Of a stretch of DNA of 64,000 nucleotides, positions 27,402 through 38,344 are shown piece after piece. The stretch is from an uncultured bacterium (GTDB lineage: Bacteria > Zixibacteria > MSB-5A5 > CAIYYT01), in contig CAVSCK010000004.1 of the NCBI GenBank assembly GCA_963726455.1, positions 192,001 to 256,000 on the forward strand, in the 5' to 3' direction. A program made the translations under genes and the position numbers. The first letter of the stretch is position 1. Each line of letters begins with the position of its first letter. The notes beneath the pieces are model-generated. The model saw only the letters and a list, made by a program, of their open reading frames with translations, made no database searches and was not told where the DNA came from.

Positions 27402-28515
27402 GTTTCAGCTCAAGTGGCTGGCGATCTGGTTGTTCTTGTGTGCCTTCCGCAAGGGGAGCATGCGCAAGCAACCAGGAATCGACATGCGGGCAATTCGCCG
27501 GGTGCTGTTCTTGCGGCACGACAAAATCGGTGACATGGTGCTGACCCTATCGGCGTTTCATACGTTAAAGCACTTCTATCCTGCAATTGAAATCGGCGTG
27601 TTGGCTTCGAGGGCAAACGCGAAGATCGTGGAAAATGACCCGAGCGTAAGTTACGTTCATATTCATGAAAAGAGCGTGCGCGGGTTGTGGAACACGTTCA
27701 AGACGCTGCGGACGCAGAAATACGATATTGTGATTGACCTGATGAAAGGCGCGTCGGTGACATCGTTGATTCTGGCGATGGCGGCAGCGCCGGGAAGTTA
27801 TCGTATCGGTGTCGACAAAGAGGCGTTCGCGCGCTACTATGATTACTTCTCGCAAGTATGGCGCAATGACGAACTGAAGCTGCATATCACGGAGATTTTC
27901 AGAGCTACTTTGGCGCCGATGGGGATTCCGCTCGATGATGGTGTGTTGCATGGCGGGGTAAAGTTGAGTGCGGCAGAACTACATAAAGGCAAGAAGATCG
28001 CAGAGGCAATCAGAGATGGACGGTACAGCACTTGCGTGTTCCTGAATGCGTCGGCAGGCAAACTTGATCGGACATGGGCGGACGAAAAATTCATTCGCTT
28101 TGCCGGTTTGGTATCGCGGACGTATCCGGAAGTCAAGTTCGTAATATCGTACGCGCCGGAGGATATCAAGTTGGCGCGCAATGCCGCGGCTGCGGGGAAT
28201 GAAAATGTTTCGCTGATTCCGGACGGCCTCTCGATAATTGACATTATAGCGCTGCTGCCACACATGGATTTGGTCATATCGGTTGATACCTCGATCTGCC
28301 ATATCGCGGCGGAAATGGATGTGCCGTTGATCGCACTGTATTCGGGAGACGAGGCCAATTTCTCACGCTGGCGTCCGTTTGGCGAACGCGTCTGGGCGGT
28401 CAGGTCCCCTGATCCGAAGGCCGTCGATGGAATCACTGTGGAGCAACTAGCGGCCGCAACGGAACGAGTCCTGCACGAGCAATTCGAGATTTCGCCCGCA
28501 CGCGTGGGAGTGTAG
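27343..28515 (+). CDS. Glycosyltransferase family 9 (LPS heptosyltransferase-like)
   Basis: RHDKIGDMVL, SVDTSICHIAA, RWRP. Confidence 0.88.
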   Translation: MLSRLERKAPRLERTLKEFEFQLKWLAIWLFLCAFRKGSMRKQPGIDMRAIRRVLFLRHDKIGDMVLTLSAFHTLKHFYPAIEIGVLASRANAKIVENDPSVSYVHIHEKSVRGLWNTFKTLRTQKYDIVIDLMKGASVTSLILAMAAAPGSYRIGVDKEAFARYYDYFSQVWRNDELKLHITEIFRATLAPMGIPLDDGVLHGGVKLSAAELHKGKKIAEAIRDGRYSTCVFLNASAGKLDRTWADEKFIRFAGLVSRTYPEVKFVISYAPEDIKLARNAAAAGNENVSLIPDGLSIIDIIALLPHMDLVISVDTSICHIAAEMDVPLIALYSGDEANFSRWRPFGERVWAVRSPDPKAVDGITVEQLAAATERVLHEQFEISPARVGV

Positions 28516-29259
28516 ATGGCTACGCTCTCGGTCATTGTCATAACCAACAACGAAGAAAAGAACCTGCGCCGGCTGCTGGAGTCAGTCAAATTCGCCGACG
28601 AAATCGTCATCAACGATTCCGGATCGACGGATGCGACTCTGGAAATTGCGAAGTCATACGGCTGCAAGATTATCCGCTCCGAGTTTGCCGGTTTCGGCGC
28701 GGCCAAACAGGCGGCGTTGAATGCGGCAACATCGGAGTGGGTGCTTTCGGTCGATGGCGATGAAGAGATCGAGGGCACGCTGGCCGATGCGATTGCGGTC
28801 GCTTTGAAGAACGGAGAGTGCGATGGATACCGGATCAGTCGCAAGTCGCAGTTCCTGGGCAGATGGATCCTGCATTCGGGCTGGTATCCTGATTACATCG
28901 TTCGTTTGTTCCGCCGCGAGAAAGGGCATTTTTCGAGTGACTGGGTGCACGAGAAAGCTATCGTCGACGGCAAAATCGGCACGCTGGACGGGCACATTTT
29001 GCATTACACCGATCCGACGATCGAACACTATTTGGACAAGCTGAATCGCTACACATCGCTCTCGGCGGACATGCTAAAGGGTGACAATAAACAATTCCGG
29101 GTAAGCAGTGTGATAGTCAAGCCGCCGGCGACGTTTATCAAGATGTATTTCCTCAAAGCCGGTTTTCGTGACGGCATTCAGGGGTTGCTGCTGGCGTTGC
29201 TGTCATCATTTCACGTGCTCTGCAAGTACGCAAAACTCTGGGAGCGGCAACAGCAATGA
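28516..29259 (+). CDS. Glycosyltransferase family 2 (WaaE/KdtX-like)
   Basis: NEEKN, DSGSTD, VDGDE, WYPD, VHE, GFRDG. Confidence 0.88.
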   Translation: MATLSVIVITNNEEKNLRRLLESVKFADEIVINDSGSTDATLEIAKSYGCKIIRSEFAGFGAAKQAALNAATSEWVLSVDGDEEIEGTLADAIAVALKNGECDGYRISRKSQFLGRWILHSGWYPDYIVRLFRREKGHFSSDWVHEKAIVDGKIGTLDGHILHYTDPTIEHYLDKLNRYTSLSADMLKGDNKQFRVSSVIVKPPATFIKMYFLKAGFRDGIQGLLLALLSSFHVLCKYAKLWERQQQ

Positions 29260-30275
29260 GCAGGATATTGTTGAGCCGCACGGACGCAATTGGCGATCTG
29301 ATATTGACACTGCCGGTGGCGCGGTCGATTGCGGAGAAGTATCCCGAGCATCATGTGACGATGTTGGTGTCGGACTACACGGAGCAGTTGCTGGCAGGAG
29401 AAGAATATGTCGATGGAATCATGACGATTCACGGTCGAGAGCCGGCGACGTACTACGACGTCAAGGAGCTGGGGCATTGGCTCAGAATGGCGGCGTTTGA
29501 CACGGTCGTCTTCTTCTATCCGCGATTCTCGCTGGCGGTAGCGGCTCGCAAGGGGCGCATTTCAGAACGTGTCGGAAGTGCCTATCGCCTGTACAGCTTC
29601 ATGTTCAATCGTCGCATCAAACAACACCGTAAGAATTCGGGCAAACATGAACTCGATCTGAATTACGATCTGGCTGAGGCGGTATTTCCGGGACTCGCGC
29701 GTCACGAACCGCAGCTGAGCGTTCTGGACGGAGAGACGACATCGGCAAGTGAGATATTGGCAAGCAAAGGAATTGAGGCCGGCGAAACGTACGTGATAGT
29801 GCATCCGTTTTCGCGCGGATCGGCGCCGAACTGGCGGATCGATAATTATCTGTCGTTAGTTGGACAGATGGTCGAATCCGGCGTAAAAGTAGTGGTTACT
29901 GGTTCGGCGATTGAGAGGCAATTATTTAAGGAGCCGCTGGAATCTCTGCCCAAGAATGTGGTCAATCTGGTTGGGGAGACAGAGCTGCGACACCTGAAAG
30001 GTTTGATTAAGAATGCGGCGATGGTCGTGACCTCAAGCACGGGACCGATTCATATTGCGACCGCTGTGGGTACGTTCGCGGTGGGCATTTATCCGCCGGA
30101 GTCAGCGCTGTCGCCGGTGCGTTGGGGACCTCGCGGGGGAGCCAGCAAGCTGTTTGTGCCGGATCCGGCGTCGGAGAAGCAGGGCACTACACAAGTTATG
30201 GACGCAATCAAAGTCGAGACGGTGCTGACTTTCATTTTGGCGAAACTTCATGCCGATATTAGATTAAGAAAGTAA
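29256..30275 (+). CDS. Glycosyltransferase family 9
   Basis: RTDAIGDLIL, STGPIHIA, RWGP. Confidence 0.88.
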   Translation: MSRILLSRTDAIGDLILTLPVARSIAEKYPEHHVTMLVSDYTEQLLAGEEYVDGIMTIHGREPATYYDVKELGHWLRMAAFDTVVFFYPRFSLAVAARKGRISERVGSAYRLYSFMFNRRIKQHRKNSGKHELDLNYDLAEAVFPGLARHEPQLSVLDGETTSASEILASKGIEAGETYVIVHPFSRGSAPNWRIDNYLSLVGQMVESGVKVVVTGSAIERQLFKEPLESLPKNVVNLVGETELRHLKGLIKNAAMVVTSSTGPIHIATAVGTFAVGIYPPESALSPVRWGPRGGASKLFVPDPASEKQGTTQVMDAIKVETVLTFILAKLHADIRLRK

Positions 30276-30297
30276 CGGGAAGAAACGGAGCCGAGAC

Positions 30298-32508
30298 GTG
30301 TATCCGCGTGTGTACGACGAACTGACGCGATATCATTTGCCGCCGGGAGAGATGAACCTGGCGGAATTCATCATCCAGATCGAAGCGATGAACGCCAATA
30401 TTGCGATACCGGTCGTTCGCAAGGCATTCGAGTTTTCCAATTGGGCTCATAAAGGGCAGAAGCGAAAATCGGGGGAACCATACGTCGAACATGCGCTGAA
30501 CGTGGCATTCATTCTGGCGGAGCAGCATCTCGACGGCGCCACAGTTGCCGCGGGGTTGCTGCATGATGTGGTGGAGGATTGCCAGGTGAAGATCGACGAT
30601 CTGTCGAAAGAGTTTTCTCCGGAGATTGCGCAGCTTGTTGACGGTGTCACTAAGCTTGGTGTCTATAAGTTCAAGAGCAAGGAAGAAGATCAGGCGGATT
30701 ATTTCCGCAAGATGCTGATTTCGATGTCGCGCGACATTCGGGTAATCATGATCAAACTCGCCGACCGGCTGCATAACATGCGGACGCTCGAATATCTCGA
30801 AAAAGACCGTCAGGTGGAGATCGCCACCGAGACGCGGGAAATCTATGCACCGTTGGCGCACCGGTTTGGTATGGCGAAGATCAAATGGGAACTGGAAGAC
30901 CTGTCGCTGAAATATCTCAAGCCGGACGTTTATCGCTACTTGATGGAGCGGATCGACCTGACGCGGACGCAGCGCGAGGAATATATCCAGGAGATTGCGG
31001 CGTTCCTGACCAAGTCACTTCAGGCAGATGGGTTGGAAGTGGAAGTTACCGGCCGGGCGAAGCATTTCGATTCGATATATCGCAAGATGTTAAAGCGTGG
31101 GAAACCGTTCGAAGAGATTTACGACCTCATAGCGATGCGCGTAATTACGCGGTCGATCAAGGACTGCTACCATGCACTCGGCGTGATTCACAACCTCTGG
31201 ACGCCGGTGTCGGATAGATTCCACGACTACATCGCTACCCCAAAACAAAACATGTATCAGTCGCTGCATACCACGGTGGTGGGGCCGAACGGCAGGATGA
31301 TCGAGATACAGATACGGACGCAGGCGATGCATTATGTTGCCGAATTCGGTATCGCGGCGCACTGGCTGTACAAGGAGGGCAAGCATACACTGGAGGAATC
31401 AGACAGGCAATTGTCATGGTTGCGCGAGGTGCTCGACTGGCAGAAAGATATGACGAATCCCGCTGAGTTTATGGAATACCTCAAGATCGACCTGTTCCAG
31501 GAAGAAGTTTACATTTTCACGCCCGACGGAGAATTGAAGCATTTACCACAGGGGGCGACCGCGCTCGATTTTGCGTTCGCGGTGCACAGTGACGTGGGAA
31601 TCCATTGCAGCGGAACCAAGATCAACGGTCGGTTGGTACCGTTCGATACGCCGTTGCGGTCGGGAGATGAAGTCGCGGTGATGACTTCACCGCATTGCGA
31701 ACCGTCCAACGACTGGCTGAAAATCTGCAAGACGACATCGGCGCGCTCGAAGATCAGGAAATATCTCAAGCAACGGGGATTCGACGAGGCGTTGGCACTG
31801 GGCAAGGAGATATTCGAGCGCACGGTGAAAAAACGGACTTCCAAGGGTCCTTCCGATCAACAGGTATTGGATGCCGCGATGGCGCTTTCATTTACCTCAA
31901 TCGATCAGATGTTCGCGGCGCTGGGCGCTGGGAATCTGGCGATCAACACGATCATGACGAAACTATATCCTCCCGAATCAGAGGGGCCGGAGGAAAAGTC
32001 GATTATCCAGAAATTCGTGGATCGCGCGCGCGGCGGAAAGGGGATCAAGGTTGAAGGACTGACCAATATGATGTTTCGTTTTGCGCGGTGTTGCCAGCCG
32101 GTGCCGGGAGAAAAGATAGTTGGATTTATCACGCGCGGGCGCGGGCTGACAATTCATCGACAGGATTGTGTCAACGCTTTTATCGCTGCGCAGGAGCCGG
32201 AGCGGCGAGTCGAGGTATCCTGGGACGTCGGTCCGGGACAGGGATTTTTGGTGCGGCTGGCAGTTGTAGTGGAATATCGCAAGAATATTCTATATGATAT
32301 CACGGAAGTGATTTCGAACACCGACGCTGAAGTACGCGGCGCGGAACTGAAATCGGGCGAAGCGGCTTCGGTGGCGCATTTTGTCGTGGAGATAAAAAAC
32401 ATCTCGCACCTGAACCGCGTGATTGAAAATATCCGCAAGAAGATCAAGGGCGTGATCAAGATCGATCGCGCTTTTGGTGGCGATAGCGAACCGTCAGAGG
32501 AAAGTTGA
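30298..32508 (+). CDS. relA: Bifunctional (p)ppGpp synthetase/hydrolase Rel
   Basis: HD domain LLHDVVED, synthetase YQSLHT/EIQIRT, TGS, CCQP ZFD, ACT; start may instead be ATG 30352. Confidence 0.95.
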   Translation: MYPRVYDELTRYHLPPGEMNLAEFIIQIEAMNANIAIPVVRKAFEFSNWAHKGQKRKSGEPYVEHALNVAFILAEQHLDGATVAAGLLHDVVEDCQVKIDDLSKEFSPEIAQLVDGVTKLGVYKFKSKEEDQADYFRKMLISMSRDIRVIMIKLADRLHNMRTLEYLEKDRQVEIATETREIYAPLAHRFGMAKIKWELEDLSLKYLKPDVYRYLMERIDLTRTQREEYIQEIAAFLTKSLQADGLEVEVTGRAKHFDSIYRKMLKRGKPFEEIYDLIAMRVITRSIKDCYHALGVIHNLWTPVSDRFHDYIATPKQNMYQSLHTTVVGPNGRMIEIQIRTQAMHYVAEFGIAAHWLYKEGKHTLEESDRQLSWLREVLDWQKDMTNPAEFMEYLKIDLFQEEVYIFTPDGELKHLPQGATALDFAFAVHSDVGIHCSGTKINGRLVPFDTPLRSGDEVAVMTSPHCEPSNDWLKICKTTSARSKIRKYLKQRGFDEALALGKEIFERTVKKRTSKGPSDQQVLDAAMALSFTSIDQMFAALGAGNLAINTIMTKLYPPESEGPEEKSIIQKFVDRARGGKGIKVEGLTNMMFRFARCCQPVPGEKIVGFITRGRGLTIHRQDCVNAFIAAQEPERRVEVSWDVGPGQGFLVRLAVVVEYRKNILYDITEVISNTDAEVRGAELKSGEAASVAHFVVEIKNISHLNRVIENIRKKIKGVIKIDRAFGGDSEPSEES

Positions 32509-32513
32509 CTAAC

Positions 32514-33122
32514 ATGACCGAACAACAATGTCCCAAGTGCGGAGCGCCGCGCCAACCGCAACATCTGTTTTGTCCGAGTTGCGGCTTCAGTTACGAGAAG
32601 AAGAAGAAATCTGTCAAGCCGGTCGCGAAGTCCGGAAAGAATCCCGTGAGGGAGATCGTCATAATTGCAGTCGCGGTCATATTGACGGCGGTTGTCTACG
32701 CGGCAGTGTCATCGATGATGCACGGAGGAAAGCCGGAAGCTGCGAAGCCGGAGACTATGGCAGGCAAACCAATGCTGCAGGATTTGGTTCAGGCCGGCAA
32801 CGATTACATGGATCACCAAGTATGGGACAAAGCCATCGCACAATACGAGCAGGCACTAATGCTTGACACTTTGCAGCCAGACGTGATGGTCGATCTCGGC
32901 GCCTGCTATCATGCTATCGGTGAGAATGAGAAAGCCGCGTTTCAGTTTCAGCGGGCTCTAAAGCAGAATCCCAGACACCAGATTGCCCTGTTCAACCTGG
33001 GCATAGTGGCGATGACGATCGGCGATACTGCCGGAGCGCGAAGCTGGTGGACGAAGTATCTGGCGGTGGGTACCGACTCACAGCAGGTGAAAATGGTTCG
33101 CGAACAGTTAAGCAAGCTGTAA
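32514..33122 (+). CDS. Zinc-ribbon + TM + TPR protein
   Basis: CPKCG...FCPSCG, TM helix, TPR repeats. Confidence 0.75.
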   Translation: MTEQQCPKCGAPRQPQHLFCPSCGFSYEKKKKSVKPVAKSGKNPVREIVIIAVAVILTAVVYAAVSSMMHGGKPEAAKPETMAGKPMLQDLVQAGNDYMDHQVWDKAIAQYEQALMLDTLQPDVMVDLGACYHAIGENEKAAFQFQRALKQNPRHQIALFNLGIVAMTIGDTAGARSWWTKYLAVGTDSQQVKMVREQLSKL

Positions 33123-33126
33123 CGTT

Positions 33127-33915
33127 TTGTCCGACTCGACGGAAATCACGCTCAGGTCACTGCTATCCGATCTGCTTGATTTTGTCTATCCTCCCCAATG
33201 TCAAATCTGTAAGAAAGGGTTCGTCGCCGTCGACGAAAATATCTGGCTGTGCGATGCCTGCCGCAAGTTGATGCAGGAATTGCCGTCGCCGGTCTGCCCG
33301 GTGTGTCGGGCGCCGGTTCCTGATCCAAATCGCTCATGTCACAAATGCCGGCGGCTGGTCGCGCTCAAGTGGCTGTATTCGCTGGGGATGTATGACGAAC
33401 ATTATTCGCACCTGATCAAAGCGTTCAAGTACACTCCAAAACCGGATTTGGGAAAGTATCTGGCGAAGATGCTGGCGGACAGACTCAGGGAGTTTCCACA
33501 CCTCAAGGCCATTGACGCGGTCTGCGCAGTGCCGATCCATGAAGGAAAGGAATCGAAACGGGGGTTCAATCAATCGGAAATTATCGCTCGGATCGTCGCG
33601 ACAGAATTGGAGCTTGCGTACGAATCGGGGCAACTGGTGCAGGCGGAGAAGAATCGCGATCAGATCGGTCTGAATCTTGAAGAACGTTTTCGGAACGTGC
33701 AGGGAATTTACTCGACGGCGGAGGATTTCGTTCTCAAAGACAAGGCGGTCTTGCTGATAGATGATGTGACAACGTCCGGCGCAACAATCAACTCGGCGGC
33801 AAGCGCCTTGCTCAAGGCCGGGTCCAAATCAGTTGCGGCGGCGACCTTGGCAATGGCGCTGGAAGACGGCCTTGATCCGGTGGCGCTGTATCAATTGATG
33901 TGGGAGGACTTCTAG
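33127..33915 (+). CDS. comF: ComF family protein (double zinc ribbon + PRTase)
   Basis: CxxC pairs, RGFNQS, LLIDDVTTSGAT. Confidence 0.9.
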   Translation: MSDSTEITLRSLLSDLLDFVYPPQCQICKKGFVAVDENIWLCDACRKLMQELPSPVCPVCRAPVPDPNRSCHKCRRLVALKWLYSLGMYDEHYSHLIKAFKYTPKPDLGKYLAKMLADRLREFPHLKAIDAVCAVPIHEGKESKRGFNQSEIIARIVATELELAYESGQLVQAEKNRDQIGLNLEERFRNVQGIYSTAEDFVLKDKAVLLIDDVTTSGATINSAASALLKAGSKSVAAATLAMALEDGLDPVALYQLMWEDF

Positions 33916-33916
33916 G

Positions 33917-34831
33917 ATGCTGGAAGAAGTCGGGCTGTTCCTCAACTTCCTTGCGCTGGAAAAGAATCTCAGGGAGAAAAGCATAATCGCGTATCGCCAC
34001 GACACCGAGCAGTTGGCGCAGTTCATAAAGCATCTGGGGTTCAAGTCATGGGGTGAAGTGACGCGTTCGGCAGTTGTCGATTATGTCGCGACCCAAAGTC
34101 AGCTTGGTCTGGCGCCAACATCGATTGCGAGAAGGATGTCATCGCTGCGGAGTTTCTTTCGGTTCCTGATCAGGGAGCGGATTATCTCGGGCAACCCGGC
34201 GGCGCATATTCAGTCGCCACGACTCTACCGAAATTTGCCGGTAGTTCTGACGGTGAAAGAGATCGAGAGGATTCTTGGCAAGATCAATCTTGACGAACGG
34301 AACGGCCTGCGCGATCGCGCGATCATCGAGGTGCTGTATGGTTCGGGATTGAGACTGTCGGAATTGATAAACCTCAAGTGCTCCAATCTGTATCTGGAAA
34401 TCGGCCACCTCAGAATCATGGGTAAAGGCGGCAAGGAACGCATCGTACCGATCGGCGAGGAAGCGATTGCGTGCACCCAGCGATACATGGAGGAAGAACG
34501 GCCCAAATTGGCGGGAGAGAAATCGCAGGATGCACTGTTTCTAAATCGCTTCGGGCGGTCGTTTTCCAGCATGGGGCTTTTCAATTTGATACACAAGCGG
34601 GTGGCGGCCGCCGGGATCACGAAAGCCGTTACGCCGCATACGTTTCGCCATAGTTTCGCCAGCCATTTGATTGAGGGGGGGGCCTCTCTGCGCGCTGTGC
34701 AGGAAATGCTCGGACATGCCGATATTAGTACTACGCAGATCTACACCCAATTGGATCGTTCGTACCTGAAGTCTGTGCATAAAGAGTACCATCCGCGCGA
34801 GAGGAAAATCAGTGGAGGTCGTCACAAGTAA
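33917..34831 (+). CDS. xerD: Site-specific tyrosine recombinase XerD
   Basis: RDRAIIEVLYGSGLRLSE, GKGGKER, HTFRHSFASHL, LGHADISTTQIY, HPR. Confidence 0.9.
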   Translation: MLEEVGLFLNFLALEKNLREKSIIAYRHDTEQLAQFIKHLGFKSWGEVTRSAVVDYVATQSQLGLAPTSIARRMSSLRSFFRFLIRERIISGNPAAHIQSPRLYRNLPVVLTVKEIERILGKINLDERNGLRDRAIIEVLYGSGLRLSELINLKCSNLYLEIGHLRIMGKGGKERIVPIGEEAIACTQRYMEEERPKLAGEKSQDALFLNRFGRSFSSMGLFNLIHKRVAAAGITKAVTPHTFRHSFASHLIEGGASLRAVQEMLGHADISTTQIYTQLDRSYLKSVHKEYHPRERKISGGRHK

Positions 34832-35804
34832 ACAGAATTTCCTGAATACATTTCCTCTCCCCAAACAGATAAAGCGCGCAGCGAACAGCGTTGCCCTGTA
34901 TGACGAGGTCGGCGAAGCGACGCAACTACTGATGGGGGTTCCGGGATGGCAGGAAATGCTGATCTTCAACTTCCGCGAGTTGGAAGACCTGTTCAAAATC
35001 TCCCTGCGCCACAAGATCGACTTCATTCTTCTCTACCTGAATTCCGGCCTGCCAAAAGCCATCGAGTTCGTGCGGGCGATCAACACGCATATGGCACTTT
35101 CAACGCTGCCGACGGTGATCTATCACAAGAATCCGACGCGCGACGAAATCAAGGTCGGTATGCAAGCGGGTGCTGATGACTACCTGTGGGGTGCTTGGGA
35201 CGGCGAGCTGTTTCAGTTGCGAATCAAGATGATCCATGAAAACTCCAAACGTGATATCGGCGTGAACCCGACCTCCGAGTTGCCGGGGCCGATTCTGATA
35301 GAGCAGGAGATCAAACAACGGCTGGAAAATCACGAAGAGTTTGCGGTTTGCTACCTGGACATCGACAATTTCAAGGCCTATAACGACTATCGGGGTTATT
35401 TCTACGGCGACCGCACGATTCGGCTGGTGGCGCACATCATCCGTGATATTGTTTCGGATCTATCGCCGGGGAGTTTTGTCGGTCACATTGGCGGTGATGA
35501 CTTTCTGTTCCTGCTGCCCTCGGGAGATGTCGATCCGGTCTGCTCGAACATCATCAAGACGTTCGACCGGATAATCCCGGCGCGTTATGAAGAGGACGAC
35601 CGCAACCGCGGTCAGATAGTGACTACCAACCGACGCGGCGAGACGGAAGTATATGGTCTGCTGACGATTTCGATTGCGGTGCTGATCGCCAACGGGTCAT
35701 TCAATCATCTGGGCGAGATGTCCCACATGCTCGCCGACTTGAAGTCCTACATCAAGAGTCTTTCCGGCTCGAACTATGTGATCGAGAGGCGGAAGAAGTA
35801 TTGA
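34812..35804 (+). CDS. Pseudo-receiver + GGDEF-family (GGDDF) protein
   Basis: GADDYL receiver motif but DFILLY at the phospho-Asp position; DIDNFKAYND, GHIGGDDF. Confidence 0.8.
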   Translation: MEVVTSKQNFLNTFPLPKQIKRAANSVALYDEVGEATQLLMGVPGWQEMLIFNFRELEDLFKISLRHKIDFILLYLNSGLPKAIEFVRAINTHMALSTLPTVIYHKNPTRDEIKVGMQAGADDYLWGAWDGELFQLRIKMIHENSKRDIGVNPTSELPGPILIEQEIKQRLENHEEFAVCYLDIDNFKAYNDYRGYFYGDRTIRLVAHIIRDIVSDLSPGSFVGHIGGDDFLFLLPSGDVDPVCSNIIKTFDRIIPARYEEDDRNRGQIVTTNRRGETEVYGLLTISIAVLIANGSFNHLGEMSHMLADLKSYIKSLSGSNYVIERRKKY

Positions 35805-35830
35805 TCCCCGCCCGGACCATCAAATAGAAA

Positions 35831-35858
35831 GGTCGAAACCGTGAAGGTTCCGACCTAC
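35831..35858 (-). repeat. GTAG-tailed REP-like palindrome between convergent genes
   Basis: Minus strand GTAGGTCGGAACC-TTCAC-GGTTTCGACC. Confidence 0.6.
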
Positions 35859-35896
35859 TCAATGGTTGCAATGAACTGTGCGAAAAAATCGCGCTG

Positions 35897-38027
35897 TTAT
35901 GCTTTGCCGTTACTCTTGCTGGCGATACCGACGCGATAGAGGGCAAACCCGATCACGACAAAGAAGATCAGCGCCCACCAATCCGCCGTCGCGAGCAGCC
36001 CCATTGATCCGGAAATGTCTATCGCTGTATCCCAGTGCTTGCCGCTCAGGTTGGACGAAAGAGTAAGGAAAGCGAGCAGAACGCCCATAAGTGCTCCGCC
36101 AGCTATGTAGCCGGAAGACATAAGTACGCCGGGCGAAAACTCGGCCTCTGATCCGGACGTCTTGCGCCTTTTGTCGACCAGCGCCCGTACGACGCCACCC
36201 GCCATGATCGGCATCGACGCTGATATCGGCAGATAGAGCCCGACCGCAAATGGCAAGGATGATACTCCTACAAGTTCCATAACGAGCGCCAGAAACACTC
36301 CGATTAGCACGAGTCCCCACGGAAGCTTCTGCGTGAGAATGCCGTCGATAATCATGCTAAACAGTCGCGCCTTGGGGGCATCGAATTTCTCGACCGGTTT
36401 GCCGTCAACTTTAGACACCACACCGGCTATGCCCGGGTCAACCAGATACTTGATATGATTGGAATCGTCTACGAGATACTTCCCGACGAGAACATTGCCG
36501 GTTTGCTCGGTGACGTAATCTACACGATATTCCTTGCCGTCCGGCCCCTTCTGATGGGGAGAGTCTTCCGGCATTGTGGCTACGTAATCAGAATATGATG
36601 CCGGCACGACAGTAGTATAAGCGTCGTTCAAGAGAATGACGATAGCACCAATGACTAGTGCACTGGAAATGACGCCAACCATGATTGAAAGCTGTTGGTA
36701 TTTTGGTGTGGCGCCGACGAGGAAGCCGGTCTTGAGGTCCTGGCTGATTGTGCCGCCGTTGGATGCCGCAATACAAACAATCGCGGCAGTACAGAGCGCC
36801 ATCGCACGGTAGGAGACTCCAGTCCAACCAACAGCCAGGAACAACAAACATGTGATAAGCAATGTTGCTACGGTCATTCCCGATATCGGATTGGATGATG
36901 ACCCGATTTCGCCGGTAATGCGACTCGATACCGTCACGAAGAAAAATCCGAACAGGACAATCAGCACAGCGGAGATGGCGTTGATGTGCAGAATCGGCGC
37001 CGCCCAGATGGCAATCACCAGTCCGATCGAACCGAAAACCACTACCGACAACGGCAAATCATGTTCGGTGCGCAACGGTTTCTCCTGCGAGGCGCCTGCC
37101 TTTCGTGAAGCGAGGAAGGTGCTGAAACCGCGCCGGAAAGCCGAGATGATGGTCGGGAAGGATTTGATCAGACTGATAATGCCGCCGGTTGCTACTGCGC
37201 CGGCTCCAATGTAAAGGACGTAGGCATTGCGAACGTCATCGGGCTGCATGGTACTTATCAGTTGTGTTGCCGGGAACATGATCTTGTCGACGCCCTCGCC
37301 GAAGATTTTGATCGCGGGTATCAATATCAGATACGAAAGCATGCCTCCAGCCAGCATGTTGGCGGAGACTTTGGGCCCGATAATGTAGCCGACGCCCAGA
37401 AGCTCCGGCGTAATTTCGGCCGATACCGATGCGCCTTTGAAAAAGTTGAGCATACGGGTCGGCGTATCAGCCCAGAGCTTGAGGCCGGTATTAAGAAATT
37501 TGTAGATGAAACCCACACCAAAACCGAGGAACACGGTCTTGGCGGTTGTGCCGCTTTTCTCGCCGACGATCAATACATCGGCGCAGGCGGTGCCTTCGGG
37601 ATAGGCCAGTTTGCCATGCTCTTTGACGATCAAGCCCTGCCGCAGAGGAATCATCATCAGTACGCCAAGCATACCACCAAGTAGCGACATCACCAGAATC
37701 GGCAGGAAGTTCATTTCCATTCCCAACAAGCAGAAATACCGGCATAGTCGTCGCAACACCGAAAGCGATCGATTCACCGGCGGAACCGGTGGTCTGCACG
37801 ATGTTGTTTTCGAGAATGGTCGGGCGGCCGAACAGGCGGAAGAGAGTGATCGATAGTACGGCCACGGGAATCGAGGCGCTGACAGTCATGCCGACTTTGA
37901 GGGCGAGATAGACCGACGACGCGGCGAATACGATTCCGAGTACGGCGCCGATGAGTACCGCGCGGAACGTGAATTCGCGCTGGGTCTCGAAGGGGGAAAT
38001 AAAAGGTTTGAAATCAGATTGTGACAT
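35897..38027 (-). pseudogene. OPT-family oligopeptide transporter split by one frameshift near 37731
   Basis: N-terminal frame ([24 protein letters not shown]) continues in another frame ([30 protein letters not shown]); one extra base in CTG-C-TTG-TTG-GGA. Confidence 0.85.
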
Positions 38028-38344
38028 AGATTGCGCTCTTCAGGTTGTGGTGAAGCATCATTACGGGCAATATTCAAAATCGGTCGCTGATATGCAATTA
38101 CAATTAGCGGGGAAGGGAAGGTTTCCGGATTGCCATCGGGAGCAACAATTGTGATGTGATAATCGCAAAAAAAGTAGAAGATTTGTATTGACGTTGGGGG
38201 GCGGAGCGCGTCATATTTGTAAGGAGACTCGTGATTATGCGAGATGAAAAGGGAATCGCGAATAATTGGGTGGGAATATTTGGCCATTGGCGGCTGTAGG
38301 TGTTACAGATAATATTTCGGCGTACGGTTCGGGTAGGCAGCGGA

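Noticed and set aside
33917-34831. Phage or island integrase
   Set aside because: Sequence is typical chromosomal XerD within a housekeeping operon; no att repeats or mobile genes nearby
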